NCBI GenBank assembly: GCA_030826715.1 | Contig: JAUUDL010000115.1 | Coordinates: forward strand, 346-64,345 | DNA length: 64,000 bases | From: Hydrogenimonas sp. | GTDB taxonomy: Bacteria > Campylobacterota > Campylobacteria > Campylobacterales > Hydrogenimonadaceae | Reading direction: 5' to 3' | In this document: positions 47,587 through 57,404 of the stretch, one piece after another | How the letters are laid out: each line of letters starts with the position of its first letter | Numbering within the stretch: position 1 is the first letter of the stretch | Position numbers and translations under genes: made by a program | The notes under the pieces: generated by a model | The model's input: only the letters and a program-made list of their open reading frames with translations | The model's database searches: none | What the model was told of the DNA's origin: nothing

Positions 47587-48306
47587 CTACGACAGATCAT
47601 TAGACTTCTTGGAAAAATCGATGACGACCGGCTTACCGAAAAGGCGGCGCTCCACGATCCATCCGGCCAGATCGAACCACTCCACACCGCTGTCGAGGAT
47701 GACGGCATCGGCTGTGACAACGACATCGGGACATGCTTTGAGCTTAGAATCGACTTGATCGGCGGTTTTGGCGCGCATAGGTACATGGAGCTTTTTGGCC
47801 GTCTCGTTGACGAGTTTCGCGATGCGACCGCTGTTGGAGACGGGCCGGTCGAAGTACCATACGGCCTCTTTGACACCAAGTTCCTTGATCGCTTTGGCGG
47901 CCAACGCCACCGCCGCTTCGGTCTCTATCCGAAACGTGTAGTTCCCGTGGACGTTGGCGATGTCGCGCAGGCATCCGTCCAGTCCGCGGATCAGTATACC
48001 GCCGCCAAGTGCCGTTTCGAGCGTGATGAGCAGGTTGAAGCCGTCGATGCAGAGTTTGCGTCCTTTGAGCTTTTCCGGTTTAATGGGCGCCCTCCGCGAT
48101 CGGCGGTCCCAGGCGGCGTGAATCAGGGCGTGTCGTTCACGGGCACTGAGCTGATATCGGTTGCCCACCAGTTCGGAAGCCGCCTTTTGGGCGTAGCCTC
48201 TTTGCAAAAGACAACTCAGATCATCCACGGCGTGGCGGAGCTTTTCGATGCGGCCGCTGTCGAAAAAGCTTTTGTCTTCGGGGGCGAGGCCTCGGTGTTT
48301 ACGCAT
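47587..48306 (-). CDS. DUF434-like protein with PIN/NYN-like nuclease fold
   Basis: LVGNRYQL, IDGFNLLITLE, DGCLRD, PVSNSG, TADAVILD. Confidence 0.75.
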   Translation of the reverse strand: MRKHRGLAPEDKSFFDSGRIEKLRHAVDDLSCLLQRGYAQKAASELVGNRYQLSARERHALIHAAWDRRSRRAPIKPEKLKGRKLCIDGFNLLITLETALGGGILIRGLDGCLRDIANVHGNYTFRIETEAAVALAAKAIKELGVKEAVWYFDRPVSNSGRIAKLVNETAKKLHVPMRAKTADQVDSKLKACPDVVVTADAVILDSGVEWFDLAGWIVERRLFGKPVVIDFSKKSNDLS

Positions 48307-48934
48307 TCGGCTTTCTGCACCGCATCGCCACGAAGGCCCCTTCGCCAAATCCATCCCTGATGCCGCCTTTCATATGGTCCAGATCGGGTCCAAAAAGCGT
48401 CTGCACCGCCTTGCAATCGACAAACCCCGTTTTTTTGAGAAGCTCCATCACTTCAGCGCCGCTGAAGAAGTGGGCTGTTTTATAGAATCGGCTCTGCTCC
48501 TTGTGCTTTTGATAGAACCTCCCCAGCGGTGTATTTTTGTCGACAAATCCCACGACGATATGACCGCCCGGCCGGAGGATGCGGTAGATCTCTTCAAGGG
48601 CGCGTTCGGCGTCGTCGACGAAGCAGATGGTCGTCACGAAGAGGGCCAGATCGTAACTGTTATCCGGTAGCGGCATCGCTTCGGCGATACCCTCGATCAC
48701 TTCTATACCGCGATCTCTGGCGATTTTCGCCATCTTTTTCGAAGGTTCGAGGCCCGTTTTGATACCAAGCGGCGCGGCGAACCGGCCCGTACCCACACCG
48801 ATTTCTATCCCGTTTTCAAAAGGCGGCAACACGTCTCTGATCGCTTTGAGCTCTTCGGCATAGACTTTGCTGTGTTCTTCGAACCAGTGGTCGTAGTGGT
48901 CGGTCAGTTTTTCGAAAGGTTCGATATTTGCCAT
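48299..48934 (-). CDS. Class I SAM-dependent methyltransferase
   Basis: YDHWF, EIGVGTGRF, YRILRPGG. Confidence 0.88.
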   Translation of the reverse strand: MANIEPFEKLTDHYDHWFEEHSKVYAEELKAIRDVLPPFENGIEIGVGTGRFAAPLGIKTGLEPSKKMAKIARDRGIEVIEGIAEAMPLPDNSYDLALFVTTICFVDDAERALEEIYRILRPGGHIVVGFVDKNTPLGRFYQKHKEQSRFYKTAHFFSGAEVMELLKKTGFVDCKAVQTLFGPDLDHMKGGIRDGFGEGAFVAMRCRKPNA

Positions 48935-48947
48935 CGCACGTACCTTT

Positions 48948-49541
48948 TCAGGGAATTTTCGGCGGGACGATCTCTTGGCCCAGCAGCGCGTAACTTTTCC
49001 CGACACGGGCGACGGGTTCGAATTCGATCGTCAGACGCTCTTTATCGGTGATGCAGTCGTCATCGACATACTGGTGGCGAATCTCTACGATGAGGGGGAC
49101 CGTTTTACTGCCGCCAAGATCGATCTCTTTGTAAAGATCGCAGACGAATGCGACCGGCGCACCTTCGACCATCGGCGGATAGCCTTCGACCACTGGCACG
49201 ATCGGTATATCGAAGGCTTCGGCTTCGCTGAGCGCTTCGTCCATCTCTTTGGAACTCATATGCATCATCTCTAGATGCTTGGGAGAAACCATGCAGATCG
49301 TGCACTTTCTTGTTTCCCGCAGATTTTTGAGTGTATCCTTAGGGCTTCCGTCGCTTTTGTGGCCGACTGAGACGATCATCGTCGGCGGGTTCGACGATAG
49401 GCCGGTGAAATAGCTGAAAGGCGCGACGTTGACCACGCCGTTTCGTTCTGTCACGACCCACGCGATCGGACGGGGTATGATGGTCTGTGCCATCAGTTTG
49501 TAGTTTTCTATCGCTTTGGTATCCGAATAGTCGAAAATCAT
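48948..49541 (-). CDS. Flavin reductase family protein
   Basis: IIPRPIAWV, NVAPFSYF, KDTLKN. Confidence 0.88.
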   Translation of the reverse strand: MIFDYSDTKAIENYKLMAQTIIPRPIAWVVTERNGVVNVAPFSYFTGLSSNPPTMIVSVGHKSDGSPKDTLKNLRETRKCTICMVSPKHLEMMHMSSKEMDEALSEAEAFDIPIVPVVEGYPPMVEGAPVAFVCDLYKEIDLGGSKTVPLIVEIRHQYVDDDCITDKERLTIEFEPVARVGKSYALLGQEIVPPKIP

Positions 49542-49694
49542 CTTCTTCTCCCTGCTTTCTTCCAAATTTTCCAAATTATAGTGCATTCTATGCCAATAGA
49601 CGAACAATTCCAACTGAAAGGGCCGTGTAAACTGCTATTAAGCGAATTTTAATTAAAATATCGGGCTAAAATTTAATCATAGAAGGACAGATAG

Positions 49695-49829
49695 ATGAAA
49701 CGAACCTATCAGCCACACAACACTCCGCGCAAGCGTACTCACGGTTTCAGAACCCGCATGAAGACCAAAAACGGTCGCAAGATCATCAATGCACGCCGTG
49801 CAAAAGGTCGTAAGCGATTGGCGGTTTAA
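49695..49829 (+). CDS. rpmH: 50S ribosomal protein L34 (not in the ORF track)
   Basis: Manual translation [44 protein letters not shown]. Confidence 0.97.
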   Translation: MKRTYQPHNTPRKRTHGFRTRMKTKNGRKIINARRAKGRKRLAV

Positions 49830-50155
49830 TCCATTTCGATTCCCTCAAAACTTCGGCGGATTTCGATCGAGTCTATAAATCGAACAGGCGATGGCACGAC
49901 AAGGCGTTCGTCCTTTTCGTTCTTCCGAAGCGGAGGGGATACAGAGTCGGCTTCGTCGCCAGCAAAAAGATCGGCAATGCCGTCAAGCGGGCGAGGGCCA
50001 AACGCAGGCTTCGGGCCCTTTTTCTCAAAATGGCCCCCAGACTGAAAGAGGGCGACTATGTGATGGTCGCGAAACCACCGATCCTCGAGACGCCTTTCGA
50101 AGAACTCGAAAAGGCGTTCAGGCGGGCGATCAAAAGACTGGATATCGGGCAATGA
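49817..50155 (+). CDS. rnpA: Ribonuclease P protein component (non-canonical start, probably ATT; not in the ORF track)
   Basis: Manual translation contains [11 protein letters not shown] and [22 protein letters not shown]; lies between rpmH and yidD. Confidence 0.9.
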   Translation: MGGLIHFDSLKTSADFDRVYKSNRRWHDKAFVLFVLPKRRGYRVGFVASKKIGNAVKRARAKRRLRALFLKMAPRLKEGDYVMVAKPPILETPFEELEKAFRRAIKRLDIGQ

Positions 50156-50164
50156 GGCGATAAA

Positions 50165-50503
50165 ATGATCAGGAAAGCACTATCGGGCGGATTGAGATTT
50201 TACCAGAGGTATATCACCCTCCTTGGTTTCGGAAGCTGCCGATACTACCCCACCTGTTCAGAATACGCCAAATGGCAGATCCAGACCAACCCCAACATTT
50301 TTCACGCGATCATCTCTTCTATTGTAAGGATTCTTCGATGCAACCAGCTCTTCGTCGGCGGCATCGACTATCCGAAAATTTCCTGCAAGCATCTGCATCC
50401 TGTCTATAAAAACGATACAACGCCGACCATTTCGTTCTGGTTCGTTCCGGATCAAAAGGGATGCAGTGTCATCAAAAATATTTTTTCGAAAGGCCCACAG
50501 TGA
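50165..50503 (+). CDS. yidD: Membrane protein insertion efficiency factor YidD
   Basis: CRYYPTCSEY, RILRCN, GGID. Confidence 0.92.
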   Translation: MIRKALSGGLRFYQRYITLLGFGSCRYYPTCSEYAKWQIQTNPNIFHAIISSIVRILRCNQLFVGGIDYPKISCKHLHPVYKNDTTPTISFWFVPDQKGCSVIKNIFSKGPQ

Positions 50504-50511
50504 TAGAGAAT

Positions 50512-52098
50512 ATGAATACCCAAACACGTGTCGTCATCGCCACCGTGCTCTCTCTGCTCGTTTTCATCGGTTACGACTACTTTTTCATGCCAAAACCACA
50601 GGTCGCACCCGAACAGAACCGGACGGTAAAAAGTGCCGCTGCGACAGCTACGACACCCCAAACGACACCCGCCGCACAGACGCCAACGGCAACGCCGGTG
50701 CAGCAACCTGTCAAAAGTGCCGCCGCGGCACCGGGCATCGATGCCAAGGTGATCGCGACGGTCGAAACATCCAACGCCCGGCTGGAGTTCGACGATCTGG
50801 GCCGCATCAGCCAGATGTACCTCAAAGACATTCAGTACCGCACCGAAGAGGGCAAAGAGCTCAAACTCTTCAACTCGCCGCGAATTCCCCGACCGCTCGA
50901 GATCCGATTCAGCGATCCCAAACTCAACGAACTCGCGTTCAAGACCCCCTATACCGTTTCTGCACACCAGCTGCAAATCGGCCAAAACGGCCCGGGCGAT
51001 CTGGTCTTTACCCAAAACCTGGGCGATCTGACTGTCCGCAAGATCATTACGATCTATCCCGACCACCATTACGATATCGACGTCAAACTCAGCCGCCCTG
51101 TTCCGTACTTCATCTCTCCTGGTGTCCGTCCCGATCTTCGCATCGACAACTATACGGTACACGGCGCGATGATCGAAGAGGCTGATGGTACGCTCACCAT
51201 CATCGACGATGGGGATGCGAAAGGTACGGAAGCGTTCAGAAAAGCGCGTATCGCCGTCGCGTTCGACCGCTACTATGCCACGGCCTTCTACGATTTCAAG
51301 AACGGCATGGATGTGGTCGTCAACAAAGATGCCGAAGAGAATCCCATTCTTTTTGTCAAGGGGGAAAGCGCGGAGCGGACACTGCACGGCTATATAGGGC
51401 CTAAAGAGTACAAAATTCTCCACGGCATCCATCCCGAACTGAGCAAGATCATCGAGTTTGGATGGTTCACGTTCATCGCCGCACCGATGTTCAAAGTGCT
51501 GATATGGCTGCATAATTTCATTCCCAACTGGGGCTGGACGATCGTTGCATTGACGCTTCTTATTCGCATCATTCTCTACCCGCTCACCTACAAAGGGATG
51601 GTATCGATGCACAAGCTCAAAGAGCTGGCACCGAAAATCAAGGAGCTCCAGGCCAAATACAAAGGCGATCCGCAGAAGCTCAATGCCCACATGATGGAAC
51701 TTTACAAAAAGCACAAAGCCAACCCGCTCGGCGGATGTCTGCCGATGATACTCCAGATTCCGGTTTTCTTCGCGATCTACCGCGTCCTTCTCAACGCCAT
51801 CGAGCTCAAAGGGGCGCCATGGATCCTCTGGATACACGACCTTTCGGTCATGGATCCCTACTATGTCATGCCGATCCTAATGGGTGCGTCGATGTGGCTG
51901 CATCAGCGTGTCACGCCCAGCAACTTCACCGATCCGATGCAGGAGAAGATCTTCAAGTGGCTGCCGGTCATCTTTACCTTCTTCTTCGTCACGTTCCCTG
52001 CTGGACTGGTCCTCTACTGGCTCACCAACAACATCTTCTCCGTGGCGCAGCAACTCATGATCAATCGCATGCTCGAAAAGAACAAAAAGGTGGCGTAG
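50512..52098 (+). CDS. yidC: Membrane protein insertase YidC
   Basis: N-terminal TM, NWGWTI, NPLGGCLP, PAGLVLYW. Confidence 0.96.
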   Translation: MNTQTRVVIATVLSLLVFIGYDYFFMPKPQVAPEQNRTVKSAAATATTPQTTPAAQTPTATPVQQPVKSAAAAPGIDAKVIATVETSNARLEFDDLGRISQMYLKDIQYRTEEGKELKLFNSPRIPRPLEIRFSDPKLNELAFKTPYTVSAHQLQIGQNGPGDLVFTQNLGDLTVRKIITIYPDHHYDIDVKLSRPVPYFISPGVRPDLRIDNYTVHGAMIEEADGTLTIIDDGDAKGTEAFRKARIAVAFDRYYATAFYDFKNGMDVVVNKDAEENPILFVKGESAERTLHGYIGPKEYKILHGIHPELSKIIEFGWFTFIAAPMFKVLIWLHNFIPNWGWTIVALTLLIRIILYPLTYKGMVSMHKLKELAPKIKELQAKYKGDPQKLNAHMMELYKKHKANPLGGCLPMILQIPVFFAIYRVLLNAIELKGAPWILWIHDLSVMDPYYVMPILMGASMWLHQRVTPSNFTDPMQEKIFKWLPVIFTFFFVTFPAGLVLYWLTNNIFSVAQQLMINRMLEKNKKVA

Positions 52099-53061
52099 AT
52101 GAAAAAGTTCGAAGCGCCCACCCTCGAAGAGGCGTACGCCCTCGCGGCCGAAGCGTTTTGCTGCTCGGTCACGGAGCTTGAAATACAGATCATCCAAAAC
52201 CCCTCCCGGGGCCTTTTTGGCTTTGGAAGAAAAAATGCGATCATCCTCTCCGAATCTTTGAAGAAAGAGTCTCCCGAAGCCGTATCAGAAACTTCTGCGC
52301 CGGCTCGACAAAACCCCCAGGAAGCCGTTGCCTCCCATACGGCCGAGGAAGAAGAGATCGTTTCCTCTTCGGCAGAGACAAAGCCTGCTGAAACGGTACA
52401 AAAACCCCTTGAGAACGCCTCACCCGAGACGGCACAGACTCACGTGCAAACCGAAAATTCCGAAGAGATTTCCGACACAGTCACAGTGGCCGAGAAGATC
52501 GACGAATACGCCAAAAGCCAGGAGGAGCGCAAAGAGGAGCGGATTCTGGCCCGTACCGAAGAGATGTTTGAAAATCTCTATGCTGAAACCCCCGACATTC
52601 ACGACATTGCCGAGGAGATTCAGGCAAAAGTCGAGAACCTCTTTGCGACCACCTGTTTCAAGATCGATGACATCGATGTCGGCGTCTATGATGAGGAGAC
52701 GATCCTGATCGAATTCAACGGTGACGACGCGGCACTGCTTATCGGAAAAGAGGGCTACCGCTACAAAGCGCTCGCCTATCTGCTCTACAACTGGATCCAC
52801 GGGACCTATGGCTACAGACTTCGCCTCGAAATCGCCCAGTTTCTCCACAATCAGGAGATGATGATCGAAAACTATCTCGAACCGATCATTCAGCGCGTAG
52901 AGCTCGAGGGTCGCGCACAGACGAAGGTTCTCGACGGTATTTTGGTCCAGATCGCTCTGACTCGCCTGCGCGAACTTTTCCCCGAAAAATATGTCGCCGT
53001 CCGGACCAACCGGGAAGGCGGACGCTACATCATCGTCAACGAGTTCATGGAGCGACGATGA
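52099..53061 (+). CDS. jag: Jag/KhpB (EloR) family RNA-binding protein
   Basis: Jag_N (APTLEEA...GLFGFG), LLIGKEG KH motif. Confidence 0.85.
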   Translation: MKKFEAPTLEEAYALAAEAFCCSVTELEIQIIQNPSRGLFGFGRKNAIILSESLKKESPEAVSETSAPARQNPQEAVASHTAEEEEIVSSSAETKPAETVQKPLENASPETAQTHVQTENSEEISDTVTVAEKIDEYAKSQEERKEERILARTEEMFENLYAETPDIHDIAEEIQAKVENLFATTCFKIDDIDVGVYDEETILIEFNGDDAALLIGKEGYRYKALAYLLYNWIHGTYGYRLRLEIAQFLHNQEMMIENYLEPIIQRVELEGRAQTKVLDGILVQIALTRLRELFPEKYVAVRTNREGGRYIIVNEFMERR

Positions 53062-54401
53062 GCGATACGATAGCGGCCGTCGCCACCGCCAGCGGTGTAG
53101 GGTCGGTCGCTATTGTCCGCATCAGCGGCGACGACGCCCTCGATATCGCCAAAAAAGTCACCCGAAGAGACACATTCAAACCGCGCCACGCCCACCTCTG
53201 TACCCTCTACAACACCGATGAAGAGCTGATCGACGAAGCGATCGTCATATGGTTCAAGGCACCCCACAGTTTCACCACCGAAGAGGTCGTCGAATTTCAG
53301 TGCCACGGCGGCAGTATCGTCGCCGAAGAGATACTCAACACGGTTCTGGCCTATGGCGCGAGACTGGCCGAGCCCGGTGAATTCACGCGTCGAGCCTTTC
53401 TCGGCGGCCGCATCGACCTCACAGAAGCAGAGGCGATCGCCAAACTGATCGAGGCCAAAAGCGAAGAGGCGGCCAAAATACTCGCCCGCCAGATGAAAGG
53501 TGAGCTCAAGGCGTTTGTCGAAGATGTCAGAGAGAAGCTTCTGCGCGCCATCGCATTCGCAGAGGTGACGATCGACTATGCCGAAGAGGACCTGCCTCCG
53601 GACATGGTGGACAACATGCTCCAACAGCTCGAGACGATCGAACGAAACATCGCACACATCGTCGCTTCGAGCGAACGCCGCAGGGGACTCATAGAAGGAT
53701 TCAAGGTTGCCATCATCGGCAAACCCAACGTGGGCAAAAGTTCGCTCCTCAACGCGCTTCTCAATTACGAACGGGCCATCGTCAGCGACATCGCAGGAAC
53801 CACACGCGACACGATCGAAGAGCAGATTCGCGTTGGCGGGCATCTGGTGCGTATCGTCGATACCGCCGGCATCCGCGAATCGGCCGATACGATCGAAAAG
53901 ATCGGCATTGAACGTTCGATCGACGCCATCGAACAGAGCGACATCGTCATCGCGCTTTTCGATGCAAGCCGCCCATGGGATGCAGAAGACGACCAGATCC
54001 TTTCGCTGATGAAGCGGTACAAAGATGAAAAGAGTTTCATCGTCGCTCTGAACAAAACCGATTTGGAAAGAAAGATCGACGAGACGAAACTTCTGCTCTG
54101 GCACCCTGTCGAACTCTCCAGGGAAAACAAGGCCTCGACGATTGTTAACGAATTGCAAAAGAGGTTACAGAAAATGGCGCAGGGAGACGAAATCCTCCTC
54201 ATATCGGCACGGCAGATCGAAGCGGTCAAAAAGGCCAAGGAGGCGATCCATGCCGCCAAGGAGCCTTTGACGATGGGTGAATTGGAGATTTTCACCTTTC
54301 ACCTCACCGAAGCGATCGAAGCCATCAGCGCCATATCGAAACCAGTGGATTTTAATGATATCATGGATAAAATGTTCGGTGAATTTTGTCTCGGCAAATA
54401 A
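53058..54401 (+). CDS. mnmE: tRNA modification GTPase MnmE
   Basis: DTIAAVAT, GKPNVGKSS, GTTRD, DTAG, NKTD, FCLGK. Confidence 0.97.
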   Translation: MSDTIAAVATASGVGSVAIVRISGDDALDIAKKVTRRDTFKPRHAHLCTLYNTDEELIDEAIVIWFKAPHSFTTEEVVEFQCHGGSIVAEEILNTVLAYGARLAEPGEFTRRAFLGGRIDLTEAEAIAKLIEAKSEEAAKILARQMKGELKAFVEDVREKLLRAIAFAEVTIDYAEEDLPPDMVDNMLQQLETIERNIAHIVASSERRRGLIEGFKVAIIGKPNVGKSSLLNALLNYERAIVSDIAGTTRDTIEEQIRVGGHLVRIVDTAGIRESADTIEKIGIERSIDAIEQSDIVIALFDASRPWDAEDDQILSLMKRYKDEKSFIVALNKTDLERKIDETKLLLWHPVELSRENKASTIVNELQKRLQKMAQGDEILLISARQIEAVKKAKEAIHAAKEPLTMGELEIFTFHLTEAIEAISAISKPVDFNDIMDKMFGEFCLGK

Positions 54402-54434
54402 GATTTAATGTATTATTATTAAGGATTATATGAT

Positions 54435-56243
54435 ATGTGCGGAATCGTCGGATATATAGGCAGCAAAGAGATCAAACACGAACTCATCGAAGGGTTGCGT
54501 GAGCTCGAGTACAGAGGGTACGACTCTGCGGGCATCGCGGTGATGCAGCATGGAAACATCCAGGCGTTCAAGGCGGTCGGCAAGCTTAACAACCTCGAAG
54601 AGAAGACCAGAAATTTCGAAACCAGCGGGCCCGGTATCGGCATCGGACATACGAGATGGGCCACCCACGGCAAACCGACCGAACTCAACGCCCATCCGCA
54701 TATGGGCCAATACAGCTACGTCGTCCACAACGGTATCATCGAAAACTATCGCGAGATCAAGTCGATGCTCGAAGGTGAAGGCGTCCATTTTCTCAGCCAG
54801 ACCGATACCGAAGTGATCGTCCACCTCTTCGAAAAAGAGGCGGCCGATGCCGAAGACGCGGAAGCGCTTTTCAAAGCCTTCAAGCACACCATCGAACAGC
54901 TCGACGGCGCCTATGCTGTTCTGCTTATCACGCAAAAAGCTCCCGAGACGATCTTCTTCGCCCGCAAAGGCTCTCCGATGATCATCGGAAGAAACAGTGA
55001 GGGCGAGATCTATTTCGCCTCTTCGGACGCCCCGCTGATCGGCAAGGCTGAAGAGGTCGCCTACATGGAAGACGGCGTGATCGGGTACGCCACACCGGAT
55101 GCCATCCACGCCGAACCCGACCACTTGGAATTCGTGCCTCTTAGCGGTGACAAACTGAGTGCGCAAAAAGGCGGTTTCAGATTTTTCATGGAAAAGGAGA
55201 TCTACGAGCAGTATCAGGTGATGAGCGATACGATGATCGGCCGCGTTCTCGATGAGGATGTCGCCTTCGAAGAGCTCAGTAATGATTTTCTCGAAGGTAT
55301 CGAGCGCATCAAAATCTGCGCCTGCGGCACCAGCTATCACGCTGCCCTCACATCGAGCTACCTCTTCGAGCGACAGGCCAGAATGCCCGTCAATGTCGAA
55401 ATCGCCAGTGAATTCCGCTATAAAGAGCCGCTTTTGAATCCCGATACGCTCTTTATCGTCATCAGTCAAAGCGGTGAAACCGCCGATACGCTCGAAGCGC
55501 TCAGGATGGCCAAAGAGGCAGGTCTGAAAACACTGGCGATCTGTAATGTCGACAACTCGTCCATCGTCCGAATGGCCGACACGTCAATTCTGACACGCGC
55601 GGGTATCGAAAAGGGTGTCGCCAGTACCAAAGCGTTCGCCACACAGACGATGGTACTCTGGATGCTTTCACTCTTTTTCGCCAAGCGCAGGGGGTCGGTC
55701 GACGCTAAAACCGTCGCGACGGAAACGTCGTTCATGCATCAGGTCCCCAGAGTGCTGAAAGAGGCACTCGACGTGCATGAAAAGTGCAAACGCCTCTCCA
55801 AACGCTACCTCCATGGCCACGGATTCTTCTTTATTGGCCGTGATATCTTCTATCCCCTCGCGCTCGAAGGGGCGCTCAAGCTCAAAGAGATCAGCTACCT
55901 GCATGCCGAGGGCTATCCTGCCGGAGAGATGAAACACGGCCCTATCGCCCTGGCGGATGCGGAGCTCTTCACCGTGGCGCTGATGCCCAAAACGATCCTC
56001 TACGACAAAACGAAAAGCAACGTCGAAGAGTTGAGCGCCCGCGATTCGACGATCCTTTCGATATCGCCCGAAATGTTCGAACTTGCCGACGATTTCATCC
56101 TCACCCATCCGCACGCCCATCCGATGCTCGAATTTTTTGAAATGATGGTCGTCGAGCAGCTTCTGGCGATGGAGATCGCGATCAGGCTCGGCAACGATGT
56201 CGATATGCCGAGGAACCTCGCCAAAAGCGTGACGGTCGAGTAG
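54435..56243 (+). CDS. glmS: Glutamine--fructose-6-phosphate transaminase
   Basis: MCGIVG, HTRWATHG, SQSGETADT, PRNLAKSVTVE. Confidence 0.98.
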   Translation: MCGIVGYIGSKEIKHELIEGLRELEYRGYDSAGIAVMQHGNIQAFKAVGKLNNLEEKTRNFETSGPGIGIGHTRWATHGKPTELNAHPHMGQYSYVVHNGIIENYREIKSMLEGEGVHFLSQTDTEVIVHLFEKEAADAEDAEALFKAFKHTIEQLDGAYAVLLITQKAPETIFFARKGSPMIIGRNSEGEIYFASSDAPLIGKAEEVAYMEDGVIGYATPDAIHAEPDHLEFVPLSGDKLSAQKGGFRFFMEKEIYEQYQVMSDTMIGRVLDEDVAFEELSNDFLEGIERIKICACGTSYHAALTSSYLFERQARMPVNVEIASEFRYKEPLLNPDTLFIVISQSGETADTLEALRMAKEAGLKTLAICNVDNSSIVRMADTSILTRAGIEKGVASTKAFATQTMVLWMLSLFFAKRRGSVDAKTVATETSFMHQVPRVLKEALDVHEKCKRLSKRYLHGHGFFFIGRDIFYPLALEGALKLKEISYLHAEGYPAGEMKHGPIALADAELFTVALMPKTILYDKTKSNVEELSARDSTILSISPEMFELADDFILTHPHAHPMLEFFEMMVVEQLLAMEIAIRLGNDVDMPRNLAKSVTVE

Positions 56244-56251
56244 GGCAGTTT

Positions 56252-56857
56252 ATGAGAAGAAGCTGGATCGTCGCGCTTCTTCTCGTACCAATCTTTGGCC
56301 TATTGTGGTATCTCAATCGCCATACCGTTTCCACAATCTCTTTTAACGACAAAAAACTTATTATTCAAAACGGCCGCTGTCATCTGATGTGGCCGCTCAA
56401 AAATTTTTACAATGAGCACTTTACCGCCGACGTACTGACCATAGAGAGAACCATCGCCACCCTTGAAAACGGCGGCAGGATCGTCGATGAACGGGTGACG
56501 ATGCCGGCCAACAACACGTTCGGCATGGCCGTTTCCGCCGTCATCTCCCATATCTTCAAGCTCCGGCATATCGAAACGATAGAGCGAAACCTAAAGATGG
56601 AGCTTTTCAAAGCGACCACACCCAGCGACGAAACTTTTTACATACTGGCGATCTTCAAAGGAAAAAGCGACCCGGAAATGCTCTATCCGTTGAGTGATAA
56701 ACTAATAGCAAGTCTACAAAGGTGTCTGTTTGGTAAAGATATAACGCTGCAACCAACCGATAGAGAGAATGACGCCGGTCAACTTTCCATGTTACCACTT
56801 TCTGAATGGAATCAGAAACTTTTCGAGCTGGATATCATCGTCAATAAAGATATGTAA
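56252..56857 (+). CDS. Hypothetical membrane-anchored protein
   Basis: N-terminal hydrophobic helix, 8 nt after the glmS stop. Confidence 0.7.
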   Translation: MRRSWIVALLLVPIFGLLWYLNRHTVSTISFNDKKLIIQNGRCHLMWPLKNFYNEHFTADVLTIERTIATLENGGRIVDERVTMPANNTFGMAVSAVISHIFKLRHIETIERNLKMELFKATTPSDETFYILAIFKGKSDPEMLYPLSDKLIASLQRCLFGKDITLQPTDRENDAGQLSMLPLSEWNQKLFELDIIVNKDM

Positions 56858-56901
56858 AAGAGATTTTTGGTTAAAGAAATAAAGAGGAGGGGATAAAAAG
56901 A

Positions 56902-56922
56902 AGACAGCCAGAAAGGCTGTCT
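56902..56922 (-). terminator. Intrinsic terminator of the csp gene
   Basis: agacagcc-agaaa-ggctgtct hairpin with a U-rich tract on the minus strand. Confidence 0.75.
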
Positions 56923-56935
56923 CTCGGTGAGTCGA

Positions 56936-57154
56936 TTAGAGCGGAGTAACGTTCTCTGCTTGAGGGCCTTTTTGGCCTTCGCCGATCGAGAACTGAACTT
57001 TTTGTCCTTCGTGGAGTTCTACGCGGCCGAAACCCGGGTTGTTGACTTGACGGAAGTGGACGAATACATCTTTTCCACCATCATCCGGCTGGATGAATCC
57101 GTAACCTTTTTCGCTGTTGAACCATTTAACGGTTCCTGTAATCATATCTGCCAT
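56936..57154 (-). CDS. cspA: Cold-shock protein
   Basis: GTVKWFN, KGYGFI (RNP1), VFVHF (RNP2), KGPQAENV. Confidence 0.95.
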   Translation of the reverse strand: MADMITGTVKWFNSEKGYGFIQPDDGGKDVFVHFRQVNNPGFGRVELHEGQKVQFSIGEGQKGPQAENVTPL

Positions 57155-57404
57155 GGCGATACCTTTTTGTGTTGAAATTCGAAAGGAAGTCAGAAGCTAT
57201 CTTGCGGGTTCGGTACTCTATTTCGCTTTAGTCGAGGTAGAACGGTCACACACAAAGACGAGAATCGAAATCATCTTTCTTGGCAAGAAGTATAGCGCAA
57301 AGAAAAGGCAATAGCAAGCTTTCGAAAAAAAAATCACAATCAAATCTGTTTTCAAGCACTCTTTTATTATAATCACATACATTTTTTACAGCAAGGGTAC
57401 CCGT

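Noticed and set aside
49891-50163. 90-aa ORF in the track between rpmH and yidD
   Set aside because: Wrong frame; the RnpA motifs are in the frame 49817-50155
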